Of a stretch of 64,000 nt of DNA, positions 10,913-24,781 are shown one piece after another (the first letter of the stretch is position 1; each line of letters starts with the position of its first letter). This stretch comes from Eledone cirrhosa (Eukaryota): positions 163,680,001 through 163,744,000 of the forward strand of contig OZ024740.1 of assembly GCA_964016885.1 (NCBI GenBank), in the 5' to 3' direction. The notes beneath the pieces were generated by a model. That model was given only the letters and a program-made list of their open reading frames with translations. It was not told where the DNA came from and ran no database searches. The position numbers and the translations under genes are program-made.

Positions 10913-12251
10913 ATATAGGTCTGGTACTTCTTTTATCAACCTTGAACGGATGCGAGGTAAAGTTAGCCTTGGTGGGTTTTGAACTCAGATCGCAGAGAAC
11001 CGAGACGAATACTGCAAATCATTCTATCCGACGCTCTAACAACTCTACCAATTCGTCGCTAATCGGTTTATATATTTATGTTGAAAGAATAAAAAAGAAA
11101 ATAAGAACCAAAAACAAAAGAAATGTTCAAAGTATCAGGGAAAGACAAAAAGAAAAAATAGTTTGAATGAAAGATCTAAGTTGTTAATGAGAGGGCCGTA
11201 GATTAGCAGAATCGGTAGAGCGTCGGATAAAATACCATTCCGATATTTGTTCTATCTCTTTACATTCTGAGTTTAGGTCAATTTTGCCTTTTATCCGTTC
11301 AGGGTAGATAAAAGAAAGTACCAGTCAAGTTGATTTTGCTAGCCCTGCGGCTAAATTAGAAATCAATATGTTAATGAGTAGAAAAGATGAATGGACCTCC
11401 GTCGGTTTCGATTATGCGTGTTCCAGTTGTTTGATCAATGGAACGACCTGCTTGTGAAATTTACATGCAAGTAGCTAAGCATTCCACAGACAACTGTATC
11501 CTTAACGTAATTCTCATGGAGATTCAACGTGACACGGTGTGTGACGTGACTGACCCTTTAAATTAGAAGTACAATCTATCCAACTTGCTTCCAAACTGTT
11601 TCCTTCTAACTAATTTCCCTCATAAGGCTTTGATCGATCCAAGGTTATGAGAAAAGACACTTGCCCAAGATGCCACACATTGAGATCAAATCCACGATCT
11701 AGTGATTGCGAATTGAACTTCTTAACAATCCAGTCATACTGCATCTACACACAAATTCTAGACTAACAACAATAAACCATTTACGTTTATATGAAATGAA
11801 AATGAGAAAAAAGGTATGAAAGAAAAAATACGCACATTCAATCAGACACCACAACAAGGAGCACTGGAGTTTCTCTCTAATAATTTTTTTAAGCAAACCA
11901 ACATACTCGCAGCGTTGCCGAGGGTGATAGCAGGCTAATGTGCTAATATAACCAAATACCTTTGTAGACATCACCTGATACATCGGTAAAGTGAGCTGCC
12001 AACAATGACAAGAACGTTGTCAACGGCTCAACTCCTCAAAACATCTTCAACGCCATAGACTGAAAAAATTAATTTGCCGATAATTCCTGATATTCGAGAA
12101 TTTTATTCAGTTCTACTACGGTTATTTTTACCAGGACTCATGAACATTGTTCAATATGTTTACTGTATTAGCTATATATGGTTCTTACTTCCTCACCTCC
12201 CCAAACCTCGTCAAACTAAACTAAACATTACTACTTCAATACCTAATCATA

Positions 12252-12552
12252 TAATTGTTTCTACTTTTGGCACAAGGCCAGCAATTACCCAGTATATTAC
12301 TGGTACTTTATTTTATCGACCTCGTAAGGATGAAAGGCAAAGTTAACCTCGGCAGGATTTGAACTCTGAACATAAAGGGCCGTAACTCTTTACTGCAAAG
12401 CATGGTGTTTGACCCTCTACCGATACTGGCAATATCATATAATCAACTCTAATAATTGTTTCTACTTTAGGCACAAGGCCAGCAAATACCCAGTGCATTA
12501 CTGGTACTTTATTTTATCGACCCCGTAAGGATGAAAGGCAAAGTCAACCTCG
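12252..12552 (-). mobile_element. Nin-like SINE plus an adjacent partial copy
   Basis: Reverse complement of the SINE consensus at 12252-12433 and 12452-12552. Confidence 0.85.
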
Positions 12553-13034
12553 CCTTTCATCCTTCATCATATAATCAACTCTAATAATACGTCATGTGTG
12601 TGTGTGTCTTTAAAATTTACACACACACATATACTCACAATGCATTTCCCATCTCAGCAATGTTGCTTCAATAAGTTGCTCGCTTTTCAACCATACGGTC
12701 CTAGGTTCTCACCCTACATTTATCCCTGTTAATATAATAGTTAATTCTCCAAATTTACTCATACATTTAATCCTGTATGGCATTTGTACATATATGCTGA
12801 ACATCTAGGCACTTATTCTTATCTATAATTATTAATTACTTCGCAATCAACATAAACTATAGGGTTTCTCTTATGTAAAACATTAATTTATCAAAACACA
12901 AATTTCCCAGTTTCTGTGAGTATTCATATATCCAGTAATCCTGGTATATATGACATACCAATCCACAAATCGAATACGTTCAGCGCTATTGCAGTCATTT
13001 TTGACAGCATGTGTCCTCTAGTATAATATAATCT

Positions 13035-13197
13035 CAGACCTGTCAACTCTCCCCGTCCGACGAGGAGATCTTCCATCCACTTTGGGGTGGGTGAGAGTTG
13101 TCTTCTCTTGTGAAAATGGGTATAATTTTCATTGTGTAAAATCTCACGATTTTACCTCATTTCTCCCCGTTTGGGTTTTTAGAGGTTGGCAGATCTG
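13035..13197. mobile_element. MITE of the 7-326 family
   Basis: CAGACCTGTCAACTCT...AGAGGTTGGCAGATCTG. Confidence 0.7.
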
Positions 13198-13346
13198 TTA
13201 CCTCATGTGGCTATAACTCTCTTATGTAAATATAACTCATACTTTATTTCAAATTTAGGTGTATACATATATATAGGTGTGTTTGGTGTTTGTATGTGTA
13301 TATATATAAACATAATAATTTATTTAAGCGTATTACATATCTCTCG

Positions 13347-14168
13347 TGTAGCATACTTATAGAATGAGTTGCTAACGGTTCTCCGTGACTGATAATCACT
13401 TCCAGCTAAATAGAGTAGTGTAAATTAAAGTACCTTGCTCAAATTTATTATAGCCACGAAGCTATACCAGTGACTTCAAGGCCCAAAGTTGTATGCTTAA
13501 TCCACAAGTATATAAACCGAAACTCGGGTCATGCTGCTAGTATTTTTCGATCTACGGAGAAATGTGTGAATAAAATATTGTATAAATGTGTGTTATACAA
13601 GAAACAGCTTTTAGACTCATTCTCTCTTATACTGTATACACTTATATACACCAGGTCCGAACACAAAAGGACCAAACACCTACTGTCACTGCCTCCATCT
13701 CTCCCGCTCTTCCTATCTCTCACTATTGTGAGGAAATGAGGGCCCACGCGTTGGCCGGCGCACAGAGTAGAGAAGGCGTTTCTCCGGAGGATGGTGAGGG
13801 AGATGAGCTGGAAGAGCCATTCCAGCTCGCGAGGTACACACCTGCGGGTAGCTAACTCTGTGCCGATGGTGGTGAACAGAGGTGGCTCTAGGACCAAGGA
13901 CATCAGAAATCTACACTGTCAAGGGCTTGTCGCAAACCTGTGGGAGAGCGACCGATATTTGGAGAGTTTACCCTCCTCGACCCGAAGTGCAGCAGAGCCT
14001 AGGTTAACTTATGAACCAATAAACATATGACCGGGTTAGTCGCAGACTGCACCAGGTTCCCGCTAGACATTTCTTGCTCATTTAGTTAAATTCTATACTG
14101 TTCCTGTACAGAGAGAGACTCATCGCCAGGCTTTGGCGCTCAGAACATTCCGGGTAGAGAGGGGTACA
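13347..14168. repeat. LTR-like dispersed repeat; diverged partial copy at ~15148-15516
   Basis: TGTA...TACA termini. 13646-14030 aligns by eye with 15148-15516. No TSD seen. Confidence 0.45.
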
Positions 14169-16307
14169 TTAATTAGGGAATTTTTTAACAAGCTTCTTTC
14201 TTTTAGGGGATGGGGCTGGGGTTTTTTGTGTGTTTTTAATTTTCTTTCTTTGTTCTTGTTTTGAGAAGAGAAGTTAGTGAGCCACGTATTTCAGGACATT
14301 TTTTATAAACTCTATTTTCTAAATTTGAGGGTGAGGTGCTATCCATCACGTCCCTACCCCAGATCCGTATAGGGATATGAGTTTATAGTATACTTCTGCT
14401 GCATAATTAACAATTTAATATATAATTGAATTACCGATGTAAATACTTAATAAATGCAAATTGACATATCCAGCTCATTGTTATTGCCGAATTTGATCTG
14501 TTTTTAAAGCATTTAGGTATTTCTCCATGGATCGTAATGGATATAGATTTAGATAGTTTCTAGGCCAAAACATCAGTAAAACTTGGGTCAAGTCGTATAT
14601 TGTTTTTCAATCTAAGGAAAAATACGTTTACATGTTTACATATATAAATGTGTGTGTTTGCATAGACATTTCTCACATCTTCGGTTAAATCGAGTACTAT
14701 TCCTTTACAGATATTCCAAAACTAAACCAGCTACTGTATCTAATCCCAGCAGGCCCACTTGGCAACATGGACCTGCACTTCGCAGAAGTTTGAAGATATA
14801 GTTTCCCAACAAAACTCGGAATCAAAAATTTATGTAGATTCCAAGGAGAAAAAAATACCTCACTATGGTTAAATATTAAAAATGAATCAATTGTCAGCAG
14901 CAGCTTCCCTAATCGACAGCTATAAACACGCTTGTCGAAAAGATATCATTTTCAGAACAGCATGAGAATTTTCATCAACCATCAAAGAGATGCAGAGGAC
15001 TGAGTCATAAAAAAAAAAAACACAACCCTATTTTTTTTACTTGTTTGCCTTACCTTTCTGTTGTTGGTGATTTAAACCTATTTCTCACTGTCCTGTAAAA
15101 TGTGCAACAACCAGTTCACTTAACTTATTCTGAGTAATATACACATATATACACCAGGTCCGAAAACAAAAGGACCAAACTGCCATTGTCACTGGCTCCA
15201 TCTTTCCCGCTCTCCCCATCTCTCACTGTTCTGAGCTAATGAGGTCCCACGCACTGGCCACCCCGTGACCCCGGCGGACAGAATACATAAGGCGTATCCC
15301 AGGAAGATGGTAAAGAGCCATTCCATCTCGCGAGGCTGTGCCGATGGTAGTGAGTAGGGAGGTGGCCCTAGGGCCAAGGACACCAGAAGTCTCCACTGAC
15401 ACGGGCTCGACCGCAAACCTATCGAAGGGCGACTGATATTTGGAGTTTACCCTACCCTCCTCGGCCCCGAAGTGCTGCAGAGCCTGGGTTAACTTATGTA
15501 CCAATAAACATATGACTATTGTTTCACCCATCGATTTACTAATTGACGAAATTCAAGCATCATTCTCCACAAAGAAATCGCAGAGATTCTATATGAAAAA
15601 TACTGCTGTCTTCAACAGGCTGTATCAATGAAGTCAACCTACAACATTTCTTTAACATAACTTTCAGCCCACTAAACATCATCGTAGTAATAAATAATAC
15701 CAAACACTATTCAGCAGTAACTCCACCACTGATGAATTCCGCACAAGAGACCTGGAGGAATGTCGTCACCAACTGGCGACTTTGAACAATCTCTGGATAA
15801 AGTCGCTAAACGTAAGCTGTATACTCAAACATCTTATATCCCAATCTGTCATCGCAGTTTTTTAAAACAGGAAAGTCGATTATAGTAAACCATCATCTGA
15901 TCTCATTTATCTTTCTTCAAGACCAGAAAATACCTCAGTCTACAGCAACTTTTGACCCTGTACAAAGATCAGACAAGACCCACAATGAAATACACTTGTA
16001 TGTGGAATGCTCAGTCACTTGCACGTGATTTCACGAGCAGGCTGTTCCGGTAATCAAATAGCTGGAACGCTCGTTCGTCATCGGAAGCGATGAAGGTCAA
16101 ACACATTGGGTTACAGTATCTCAGTGTATGATTTAATTATAATTTAAAGGACTTCATTTGGTGGTGCTAGTAAATTAGATATGGCTGGGACTAATCCTGG
16201 CCGAAACCCATTTTGAAATATGTAACTAAACTTTATCTTATTGTGTGTCATCGTTTAAGCCATATTTGTATATTGTATATGTGCATGTATGTGGTAATAA
16301 TGTTTGT

Positions 16308-16612
16308 AGCTTAGTGATTAGAATGTTCGGCTCACGATCCTGACTTAGATTCTCGGGAGCAGGTTGTATCTTGAGCAAGACACTTTATTTCATTTTGCTC
16401 CAGTTCACTCAGCTGACAAAACTTAGTTGTACCAGTGATTCAAAGAGCCGGCCTTGTCACACATTGTATCATGCTAAACCTCTCTGAGAATTCCGTATTA
16501 AGATTACACTTGTCTGTGGAATGCTCAGTTACTCACACGTGATTTCACGAGTGGGCTGTTCCAGTGATCAAATAGCTGGGAAACTCGTCATCGGAACAGA
16601 TGGATGTCAAAC
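16308..16612 (+). mobile_element. Second tRNA-derived SINE family (CORE/V-like TTGAGCAAGACACTT motif); relatives at 11395-11570 (-), 15990-16102 and 30016-30352
   Basis: Shared body CCTTGTCACAC...TGTCTGTGGAATGCTCAG...TTTCACGAG..GGCTGTTCC. Confidence 0.65.
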
Positions 16613-16643
16613 ACATAGTGAGAGAGAGTGTATGTAGAAAATT

Positions 16644-16925
16644 TAAGAAAATGTCCATGACTCGTCATATGTAATGACGATATCCATACGAAAGAAGGAC
16701 TGGCATCCGGTAAGCAATCCATTTGCCGTACCAGGCAGTGCCAGAAGGATGTCGGCATGAGAAATATGAATACGGTCGATATTACTATGGAATCCTGGGA
16801 GAGACTTGCAGATGGCCAAGTGAAATGGAAGGTATCTCCTGAACTGGTAATCAAAGTTTATTGAAGAGAAGTTGTTAGACGCTGCAGCAGAAAAGCGATC
16901 ATGCTGAAAGGAGCACAACACCAAC
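16644..16925 (+). pseudogene. 3' remnant of an RTE-clade LINE
   Basis: The degenerate translation resembles an RTE C-terminus (KDVGMRNMNTVDITMESWE..ADGQVKWK). Confidence 0.45.
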
Positions 16926-18597
16926 AGACCTATTAATGTATATATAAGTTACTTATTAAACAACGATTGTCACTCTACCATTGGTGTTTTCACCAACAAC
17001 ACTACCAACAAGCCAAAGACCACACATTAATGTGACATCTGCAAATTTAAAAAAAAACTGTCACTCCTGCATTTCATTTTTCAACTCCTAAATGATATCT
17101 AAAATATAAAAATCTACATCAACTATGCGGCCCATGCTCAGCCATGATTGAAGCGGGGATTTTAATATACGCATAAGCATAGCTGTGTAGTTATGAAGTT
17201 CGCCTAACTTCCCCGTGATTTGGGGTTCTGTACCACGTTAGATTAGTGGCCTCTGATTCAGCAATATCTTGTGAGTTAAATTTAACAGGCGGAAACTGCG
17301 AAAACCATCTTAATTAACCCATCATCACTGTTTAACGTTTATTTTCCATGGTTGCATGATTTAGATGGGTTATCACGTACAGAGGCTTGGCTGATCAGAT
17401 GACTGTGTCTTGCTCGTACGCTTCGTTTTGGACCCGGTTTCTAACGCCAACCACTTTACAGTATATACTGGAGGCATTTTAACGTGACTCCGGCATAACC
17501 ACTTTACAGAGTGGATTTGATGTGTTTTGTCGTGGCACCAACACATTGCGGACTGGGTACTTTTCGTTGTGTATAAAATAGGTAGGGAGAAGTATAGAGG
17601 AAAAAGTAAGATGGATGCAGGAGAGAGGAGAGTGCGACACATACTTTAACTCTTTTGACATCGACCTGCCTGGAACCACCTCTGGGTTTTTTACACAAAA
17701 CCTCTAGTTTTAAAGAGTTCATATTCAATTAAAACATTTTGTTATAATTTTATTTAAGAAACTTTTATTTGATTATGTTTAAAATACCTACTTAAAGATG
17801 AAAAGATCACATTTTACTAATTCCTTCCAAAAATATGCGTGTGTGTGTGTGTGTATTTGCAAACGGTGTATTACAAACGGTGTTTAACAAACGGTGTTAC
17901 TTGTAATTTAACAAAGTTTGATTATAAATATGTACCAAACTTAAAAATGATTACTACGGTTGACATGATTATCAACCTTTTGCAAGTTCAACGGGAAATA
18001 TTATTGATGTACAACTTGTTCTATATATTTCTAATAGTAAATTTATGAAATAGTAACAATGCGTTTTGTTTTTCTTTCGCATATTTAATTATATAGAACT
18101 GACTGATGCCTACTTTAAATGAAATTATTTCATTTTACATTAAATTTTTTAAGCAAATTATTTCTTACATATGAGGCATAATATTTGACGTAGTTGCGGT
18201 GTATAGAGAGAGAAAGGAGGTCGGGGGTATGAAACGAGACGAGTGTGGGGAAAAGTGTGGTAGAGAAATAGAGAGATGGTAAAAGTAGACATGAGAAAGT
18301 GAAACACGGAAGACGATGGAGAAAATAGTGAAAAAAATTAAGAAAAAAGTGTGGAGGGAAAAGTATGATGGGTGCAGAAGAGAGGAGAGTGCGGTAGATT
18401 CTTTCTTAACTCTTCTAACATCAACCCACCTCAAAACTACCTCTGCGTTTATAATACGAAACTTCTAATCTTAATATTCAAACCTTTAGTTATAATTTTA
18501 TATAAGAAACTTATTAGATTTTGTTCTAAACACCAACTTAATGAAAAGATCACTTCCTTTACTAAACCCTTCAAGTATTTTATTATTTTCAAAATCA

Positions 18598-20800
18598 CCC
18601 CCCTGTTCTTTGGGGAAAAACTTTTTGGCCTCACAAAGCCCAATGGTGACCTCCGCCCCATAGCAGTTGGATGCACACTGCGACGGCTCATTGTGAAAGT
18701 ATGTCTGTTCTCTATTTCAGACTGCCTGTCCGCCGAATTTTCCCCTATTTAGCTAGGGGTGGATACCAAACTGGACTGTGAGGTTGCTGCCCACGCCACC
18801 AGAGCATTTACCAGTTCGCCTTCTGAAAACCCCAAGGTTATCCTCAAGCTGGATCTCAGGAATGCTTTTAATTCCATCAGTCGGGATGTCATCCTCCGTT
18901 CAGTAAATGAGAGAGCCCCTCAGCATTACCACTTTGTTTGGCAAGTCTATCGGAGTTCTCCTACCTATCCTTCGGTGACCACTTCATCTTATCTGCCTCA
19001 GGGGTCCAACAGGGTATTGGTGACGTCACCAAGATGGGCGCTGACGTGGATTTGAATGTCTGGTAGCTGGATGATGCTTGTTTGTTTCTTTGGGGGGGGG
19101 GGGATCCTCCAGATAAGGTCCTTGGAACTGCGAAGACAATGATTGAAGAACTGAGTCATAGGGTCCTTCACGTCAACAGTTCCAAATGCGAGCTCTGGCT
19201 CCTCACCACCCAGTTTCACATCTACAGACTGTAAACCTGCTTACAGAGTCCTTTCCTTCTATCGCGATTTCTCTCTCATTTGCGTGGTGCTTCCTTGGAG
19301 CCCCAATTACTGACCATGCCTTCGAGTCCATCTTTTGATCTAAGTTGGCTAATCGAGCAATTTTTAAAAACCTCAAGGCCATTGGACTCACCAAGGTTTT
19401 TTATACTTAGGAATTATTTGTCGATTCCTAGGTTGAATTTCCTCAGAGTTAGTCCGCTTACAGATTCTCGTCGTCTCTCCAACGCTTTGACGACTTAATT
19501 TTCAGTGGGATCGAGGGCCTTGTCAATATCCGACTCTCTCTGGAGTCCCGTGACCAGGCTACCTTGCCCAAACGGTTTGGAGGTCTCAGTCTGCGTAAAT
19601 ACTCGTCTTTGTCTCTACCTTGCTCTCTTTCCTCCATCCACACTTGCTCCCCTTTAATGGATGTCATCCTCTGCTTTCCAACTTGGACTAGTTCCACCAG
19701 GGAGATGGATGAAGCTTTACTACCGTGGAGAGAGCTGGGTTTATCAGTTCCTGATACTGACGAGGATAGACAGAAATGAAGAGTATGATACAATCTGCGT
19801 TCGAGGGAAACTTTTAACTCTCTTTCTTTGATCAGAATGATCAATTTTCTAAATGCCGCTTACTTTCTGGAAGTGCAAAGTTCTCGGACGGCTGGATTGA
19901 TGCCCTGCCTGTGGCCAACATTAGTGGTCTTCTCAGTCTGGACGAGCTCCGCATCTCAATTTCACTCTGAGTGGGAGCCGATTTCTATGGGGGTCTGAGG
20001 TATCCCTGGAGTAGATCCCTCGATTCCACAGGCCTCCATGGTCAGTTCTGCCGCCTGAATCCTGGTCGCTTGCCCGCCAAACCGAGCTAAACCTGACCAT
20101 TAAGCGGACCCTAGCTCGAGTAAATATCTCCTCAGTTCTGGAGACGGCTGGATTATCTAGAAAAGACGAGGAGAGACCAGACGGTCTTACCCATTTTCCC
20201 TGGTAAGAGGCAGATGTCTCATCTGGGACGGCACAATCGGTGACTCTTTTGCTCCCTCTCACATGATGGATGCCGCGGTAAATGTGAGGATCACTGTTTC
20301 TGTTGCCGAACGGAATAAAATCCGAAAATACCAGGCACTATCAAACAATTATTTTTTCCAGCTTGTGACGTTCGAGACTTTTGGTGGAGCTGGGCCGCTG
20401 ACAGCGAAGTCCTTGTCATCGTTCGCGGCTCGCTTTACTGAGGTGTCAGATGATGCCCGTGAGAGTGCTTAGTTGTTTCAGCGCCTTAGCCTTGCCATCA
20501 CCCGCGGTAATGCTGCGAGCATGTTGGCTTGCCTACATTTCCGTTGACTCTTGTGATATGCGACCGATTCTCGCACTTGGTGATGAATTGATAATCGTTT
20601 TTGTCTTTTTTTTTTCTTTTTTTTTTCTTCTTTCTCATGTTTTGATCGTATATTTTGGTGCGTTGTATTTGTAAGATTCCTAGCAATAGTTAATTGTATT
20701 TATTATATGTGTTTATATTTTAATTCTGAAAGAATTGTGAATAATTTGTAATGTTATTTATACAACTATGAATTAAAAATTTTCAACAAGAGAAAAAAAA
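18598..20800 (+). mobile_element. 5'-truncated, degraded CRE-clade non-LTR retrotransposon (RT + restriction-like endonuclease)
   Basis: LTKPNGDLRPIAVGCTLRRL, KLDLRNAFNSISR, QGVQQG, W.LDD, ERPDGLT..PW...LIWD and FETFGGAGP motifs. 3' UTR ends in an A tract at ~20792-20800. Confidence 0.8.
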
Positions 20801-20945
20801 TGTTTACAAATGGGTTGATTGTAATTTATACATAAACATAAATGCTTTCAGTAATATAATATAGTCGTTGATATAGAGATCAATTACCTTGTAAATAAAA
20901 TTCATTTAAAAAATAACATAAGCAGACACACAGACACAAATATTA

Positions 20946-21131
20946 TAATTGTTTCTACTTTTGGCACAAGGCCAGCAATTACCCAGTGCATTACTGGTTC
21001 TTTATTTTATCGACCATGTAAGGATGAAAGGCAAAGTTAACCTCGGCGGGATTTGAACTCAGAATGGAAAGGGGCGTAACTCCATACGTCAAAGCATGGC
21101 GTCCGACCCTCTACTGATACTGCCAATCCGC
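20946..21131 (-). mobile_element. Nin-like SINE
   Basis: Reverse complement of the SINE consensus, ~250 bp upstream of the TASP1 ORF. Confidence 0.88.
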
Positions 21132-21379
21132 GAGTCAACGTGGACCCTCGACTTGTTAGATGTAGCAGTCAAATTTCCCTCGAATCACACATTAACGCCT
21201 TGAATAAAAGTGAATACATGGGAAATATATATTTCCTGGTATACAAAAAGTGGTTTGGTCATCGTTAAGACACTGTTGATTATAGGTGTGCTCGATCAGA
21301 GTTAATATAAGCTGATACAAAGAAACAGCATGCAAAATTATTTCAGAAATAGAAGATTCCTAATTCAAGGGAAGTAACT

Positions 21380-22552
21380 ATGATATCAAAGGGAAAACAC
21401 TCCAAAAAAATGGCGACAAAACCTTTTGTTGCTGTTCATGCGGGAGCCGGCTATCATTCTGTTTCTAAAGAAGCTGATTATACCAAGACTTGTAAAGCCG
21501 CCTGTCAAACTGGAATTAAATCATTGAAAAATAATATATCTGCACTGGATGCTGTAGTCTCGGTTCTAGCAGTTTTGGAAGATGCGACGTGTACAAATGC
21601 CGGAATTGGTTCTAATCTAACGCTGAATGGAACTGTAGAATGTGATGCTTCCGTGATGGATGGCCAGACAAGGGCTTATGGTGCTGTTGGAGCTGTATCT
21701 GGTATTAAAAATCCCGTATGCATAGCAAAAAAATTAATTGATACTCAGCTGAAAGGATTATCTCTTGGCAGAATTCCCCCTAGTATACTGGTCGGACAGG
21801 GTGCCTATGATTGGGCTCTGGCGCATGGTTTAAACCATGTGTCCGATAATACTCTGGTAACTGAATCTTCACAAAGGACGTATGAAAACTACAAAGAAAA
21901 ACTTCTGGCGCGTAATAACCGGCTTAATTGCAAAGCTAAAAGAAAATGTCATGAAAAGACAATGATTGTACGTCATGAAAATGAATCGTCTTCGAACTTT
22001 GAAGAAATTAAGGACCAAGAAGATATTTCTCAACACCAAGACACTGTCGGTGCTGTGTGTGTAGATACGCATGGGAATATTGCCTGCGCTGTATCGAGTG
22101 GTGGACTATCTCTGAAACAACCTGGTCGATTAGGTTCTGCGGCTGTCTTTGGTGCTGGTTGCTGGGCGGCTAACAATACAATTGGTTCTGCTGGTATTGG
22201 GGTTGTTACATCTGGCACCGGTGAATATCTTATTAGGACTATTTTTGCAAAAGAATTTGCCGATTGTATTCTTTCTGAAGAGGATACGACATTAGCTGTT
22301 AACAAAGCTTTTGATCTCAAGTTTTTCGGGTCCCCTTTATTAAGTAATGTTAAAGATAAGTATGCTGGTGTATTGCTTATAAAATTAGATGAAGCTAATG
22401 AGATCGAACTCGTGTCAGCACATTGCACTGCAAGTATGTGTGTCGGCTATGCAATTGGTGGAAAAGAGCCAAAAGCATATATATCACGACTCTCAAACTC
22501 ACAGAAACCTGGAACGTCTTTAAATATACAAGGGAAACATTTCTTTTTATGA
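21380..22552 (+). CDS. TASP1: Threonine aspartase 1 (taspase-1, Ntn-hydrolase / type 2 asparaginase family), intronless
   Basis: Uninterrupted 390-aa ORF with VAVHAGAG, TNAGIGSNL, ECDASVMDG, the autocleavage site D|TVGAVCVD, SSGG..LKQPGRLG and TSGTGEYLI. The real start may be the second ATG (21410). Confidence 0.92.
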   Translation: MISKGKHSKKMATKPFVAVHAGAGYHSVSKEADYTKTCKAACQTGIKSLKNNISALDAVVSVLAVLEDATCTNAGIGSNLTLNGTVECDASVMDGQTRAYGAVGAVSGIKNPVCIAKKLIDTQLKGLSLGRIPPSILVGQGAYDWALAHGLNHVSDNTLVTESSQRTYENYKEKLLARNNRLNCKAKRKCHEKTMIVRHENESSSNFEEIKDQEDISQHQDTVGAVCVDTHGNIACAVSSGGLSLKQPGRLGSAAVFGAGCWAANNTIGSAGIGVVTSGTGEYLIRTIFAKEFADCILSEEDTTLAVNKAFDLKFFGSPLLSNVKDKYAGVLLIKLDEANEIELVSAHCTASMCVGYAIGGKEPKAYISRLSNSQKPGTSLNIQGKHFFL

Positions 22553-23075
22553 TTTTCATTAACAAGGTAATTATATCTTTTCGGCGAGGAATTACAGGAA
22601 ATTTTCTTTGGACGATTACTTTTCGTCCAGTTCATTTAGTATATTTTATAAATTAAAGTCTTGAACTGGAATTAATACCACACAAGCCAGATTGGAATGT
22701 TTGTATACGATGCTTTTTGTGCCAAATATATTTTACAGGTAAACTGTAGGGAATGTTTCGCTGTAGGTATATACAATTGATACACAAAATGAATGGAAAT
22801 ACCTGCTTTTTCGTTGTAAATCGTCTTTTGGTTTGTTTATTTTTAATCGATAAACTGATAAATATATTTGTGAACATTTTTTCCCGAATAATTTATTTTA
22901 TTTGCTTTTTTATACCAGCCTGCTACACCACAAATTATTTACAGTCAATTGCCGCTCATCTATTAGTTCAACAAAGGGAAGCAGTTGTATATATAAAGAT
23001 AAAATTTTGCCTATGACTCAAATAAGATAATTTTTTTGTATACCTAAAGCGAAACATCCCCTGTTTTCTTGTGTG

Positions 23076-23124
<49 letters not shown>

Positions 23125-23151
23125 TGAGAGAGATAGTGTGTGTGTGTGTGT

Positions 23152-23228
23152 GTCCAAAAAATGTATACACACTTCAACGGCATTCTAATAAAAGTGTGTA
23201 TACATTTGGGGAGGGGGACTCCCTGTAT
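23152..23228. mobile_element. Tc1/mariner-type MITE remnant
   Basis: AAAATGTATACACACTT...AAGTGTGTATACATTT inverted repeat ending CCCTG|TA. Confidence 0.45.
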
Positions 23229-24460
23229 ATATATAATGTGTGTGTGGTTTAAATAAAATTGTCGAATTATAATTCCACTAACTTAACTGAGACCAGTGAG
23301 ATTAATGCCATTGATAATCTGCATAAACTGTTGCAACTAGGAAAGACATGAGTAGGAAAAGAATTCCAGTGGGTCAACCTTCTGGGGAGGAAGGATTGGG
23401 TGTAATGTTTAGTGTAAGTCCTGTGATGTTGGGACATGGCATGGGTAATAAGAGCTGAATCAGAAGTGTTTCAGTGGAGGTGGCATGAGACAGTTTTGAG
23501 AAGCAGAAGCCATTGTAGTAGTGGTAGAAAAGGCAAGGAGAGTAAACAAAAAGACTGGAAGATATTATGACTAACTTTTTTCTGTATGTGATCTAGAATG
23601 TCCCAGATGTGGGAGCAGTACTTCATTGTTTTGTATTAACTGAGCTTTTGTCCAGGACCAGTAACTTGCTTCAAGCTGGTAGAACTGGTAAGCTGTAAAC
23701 AAATGATAAGAGTACTGCTGCATTAAATTAACTGTTTGCTACTATACAGAACTCAACTGAAATTATAAAAGGAAGGACCATTCAGTGCAAGGCTATTATA
23801 AAAATAATTAACATCTAAGCTTTTGTTTTTCAGTAGTTTTTAATACATCGAAACACACCCTTAAGTATATTATTTTCCCTTCCCAATTTTGATTAATATG
23901 ATTGCACTTACATAGACACTTTGCACTTCCCCAAACAATTGTCTTGGCAAATGAAAGAGTCTCTAAATGGTCTCTCAACGTGCTAGAAATAATAACCAAA
24001 CCTTAACCGCCTTAAAAAAAGGAAGGACATATTAGATAATGTAGTCTTAGATAAATAACATCTGATTAAATTTTAGGCATATATAAGATTATCTAATGTG
24101 CCCATTCCTTTCCCAACACAGTTGGTAGGATATGAACTCAGAAAGTAAAGAGCCATAACTCTATGTCCTTTACGTTCTGAAAATAATGTTAGCCATTATC
24201 ACTAGTCTTGAAAATACAAAGGCCAAATTGGAACATTTTTTTATCCATACTATGGGTAAAAACCAAGGTATATATATTGGAAAGCTGTGAAAACATGCAA
24301 GTTATCAGGGGGAAAGTTAATACAAAATGAATACAAAATGACATGGAAGAAGTAAATTGCATTAATGACACTTTCAAAGATACTCAACCATGAAGACTTG
24401 ATTTGAAAAACTTCTTTTAAAGTTAGTCCTGACTTTTCAATATTATATTTATTTCTTTAA

Positions 24461-24650
24461 CCCTTTAGCATTTAAACCGGCCATATCTAGCCAGAATTCT
24501 CATGTTTTTCTGTTCAAACAGGCCACTCATACTGATGTTAAGGTATTCTCAAAATGAATATCAAAATCTCATAGATTTGATATTATGTGAGGTAAAACCT
24601 TTACCATGAAGATACAATATAAAATATAGAGTAATGTAAATGCTTAAGGG
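24461..24650. mobile_element. piggyBac-type MITE
   Basis: TTAA|CCCTTTAGCATTT...AAATGCTTAAGGG|TTAA. Sister copy at 59015-59222. Confidence 0.85.
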
Positions 24651-24781
24651 TTAAATGTACAAACTGATGCTTCCATTCTCATTTTTCTGTCATTGTTTGT
24701 AGATAATGAGTTAGTGCTGTTAATCTCATGATTATTTAGTGGTAAATAATAGTCAGGGATCAATATTATCAATGCTTTTCA

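Noticed and set aside
15729-15775. CTGATGA followed by a weak stem and GGAAT
   Set aside because: No GAAA-helix III-NUH-helix I arrangement; lies in an old LINE-like relic.
19757-19790. CTGACGA...GAAA
   Set aside because: Inside CRE coding sequence with no pairable helices; chance match.
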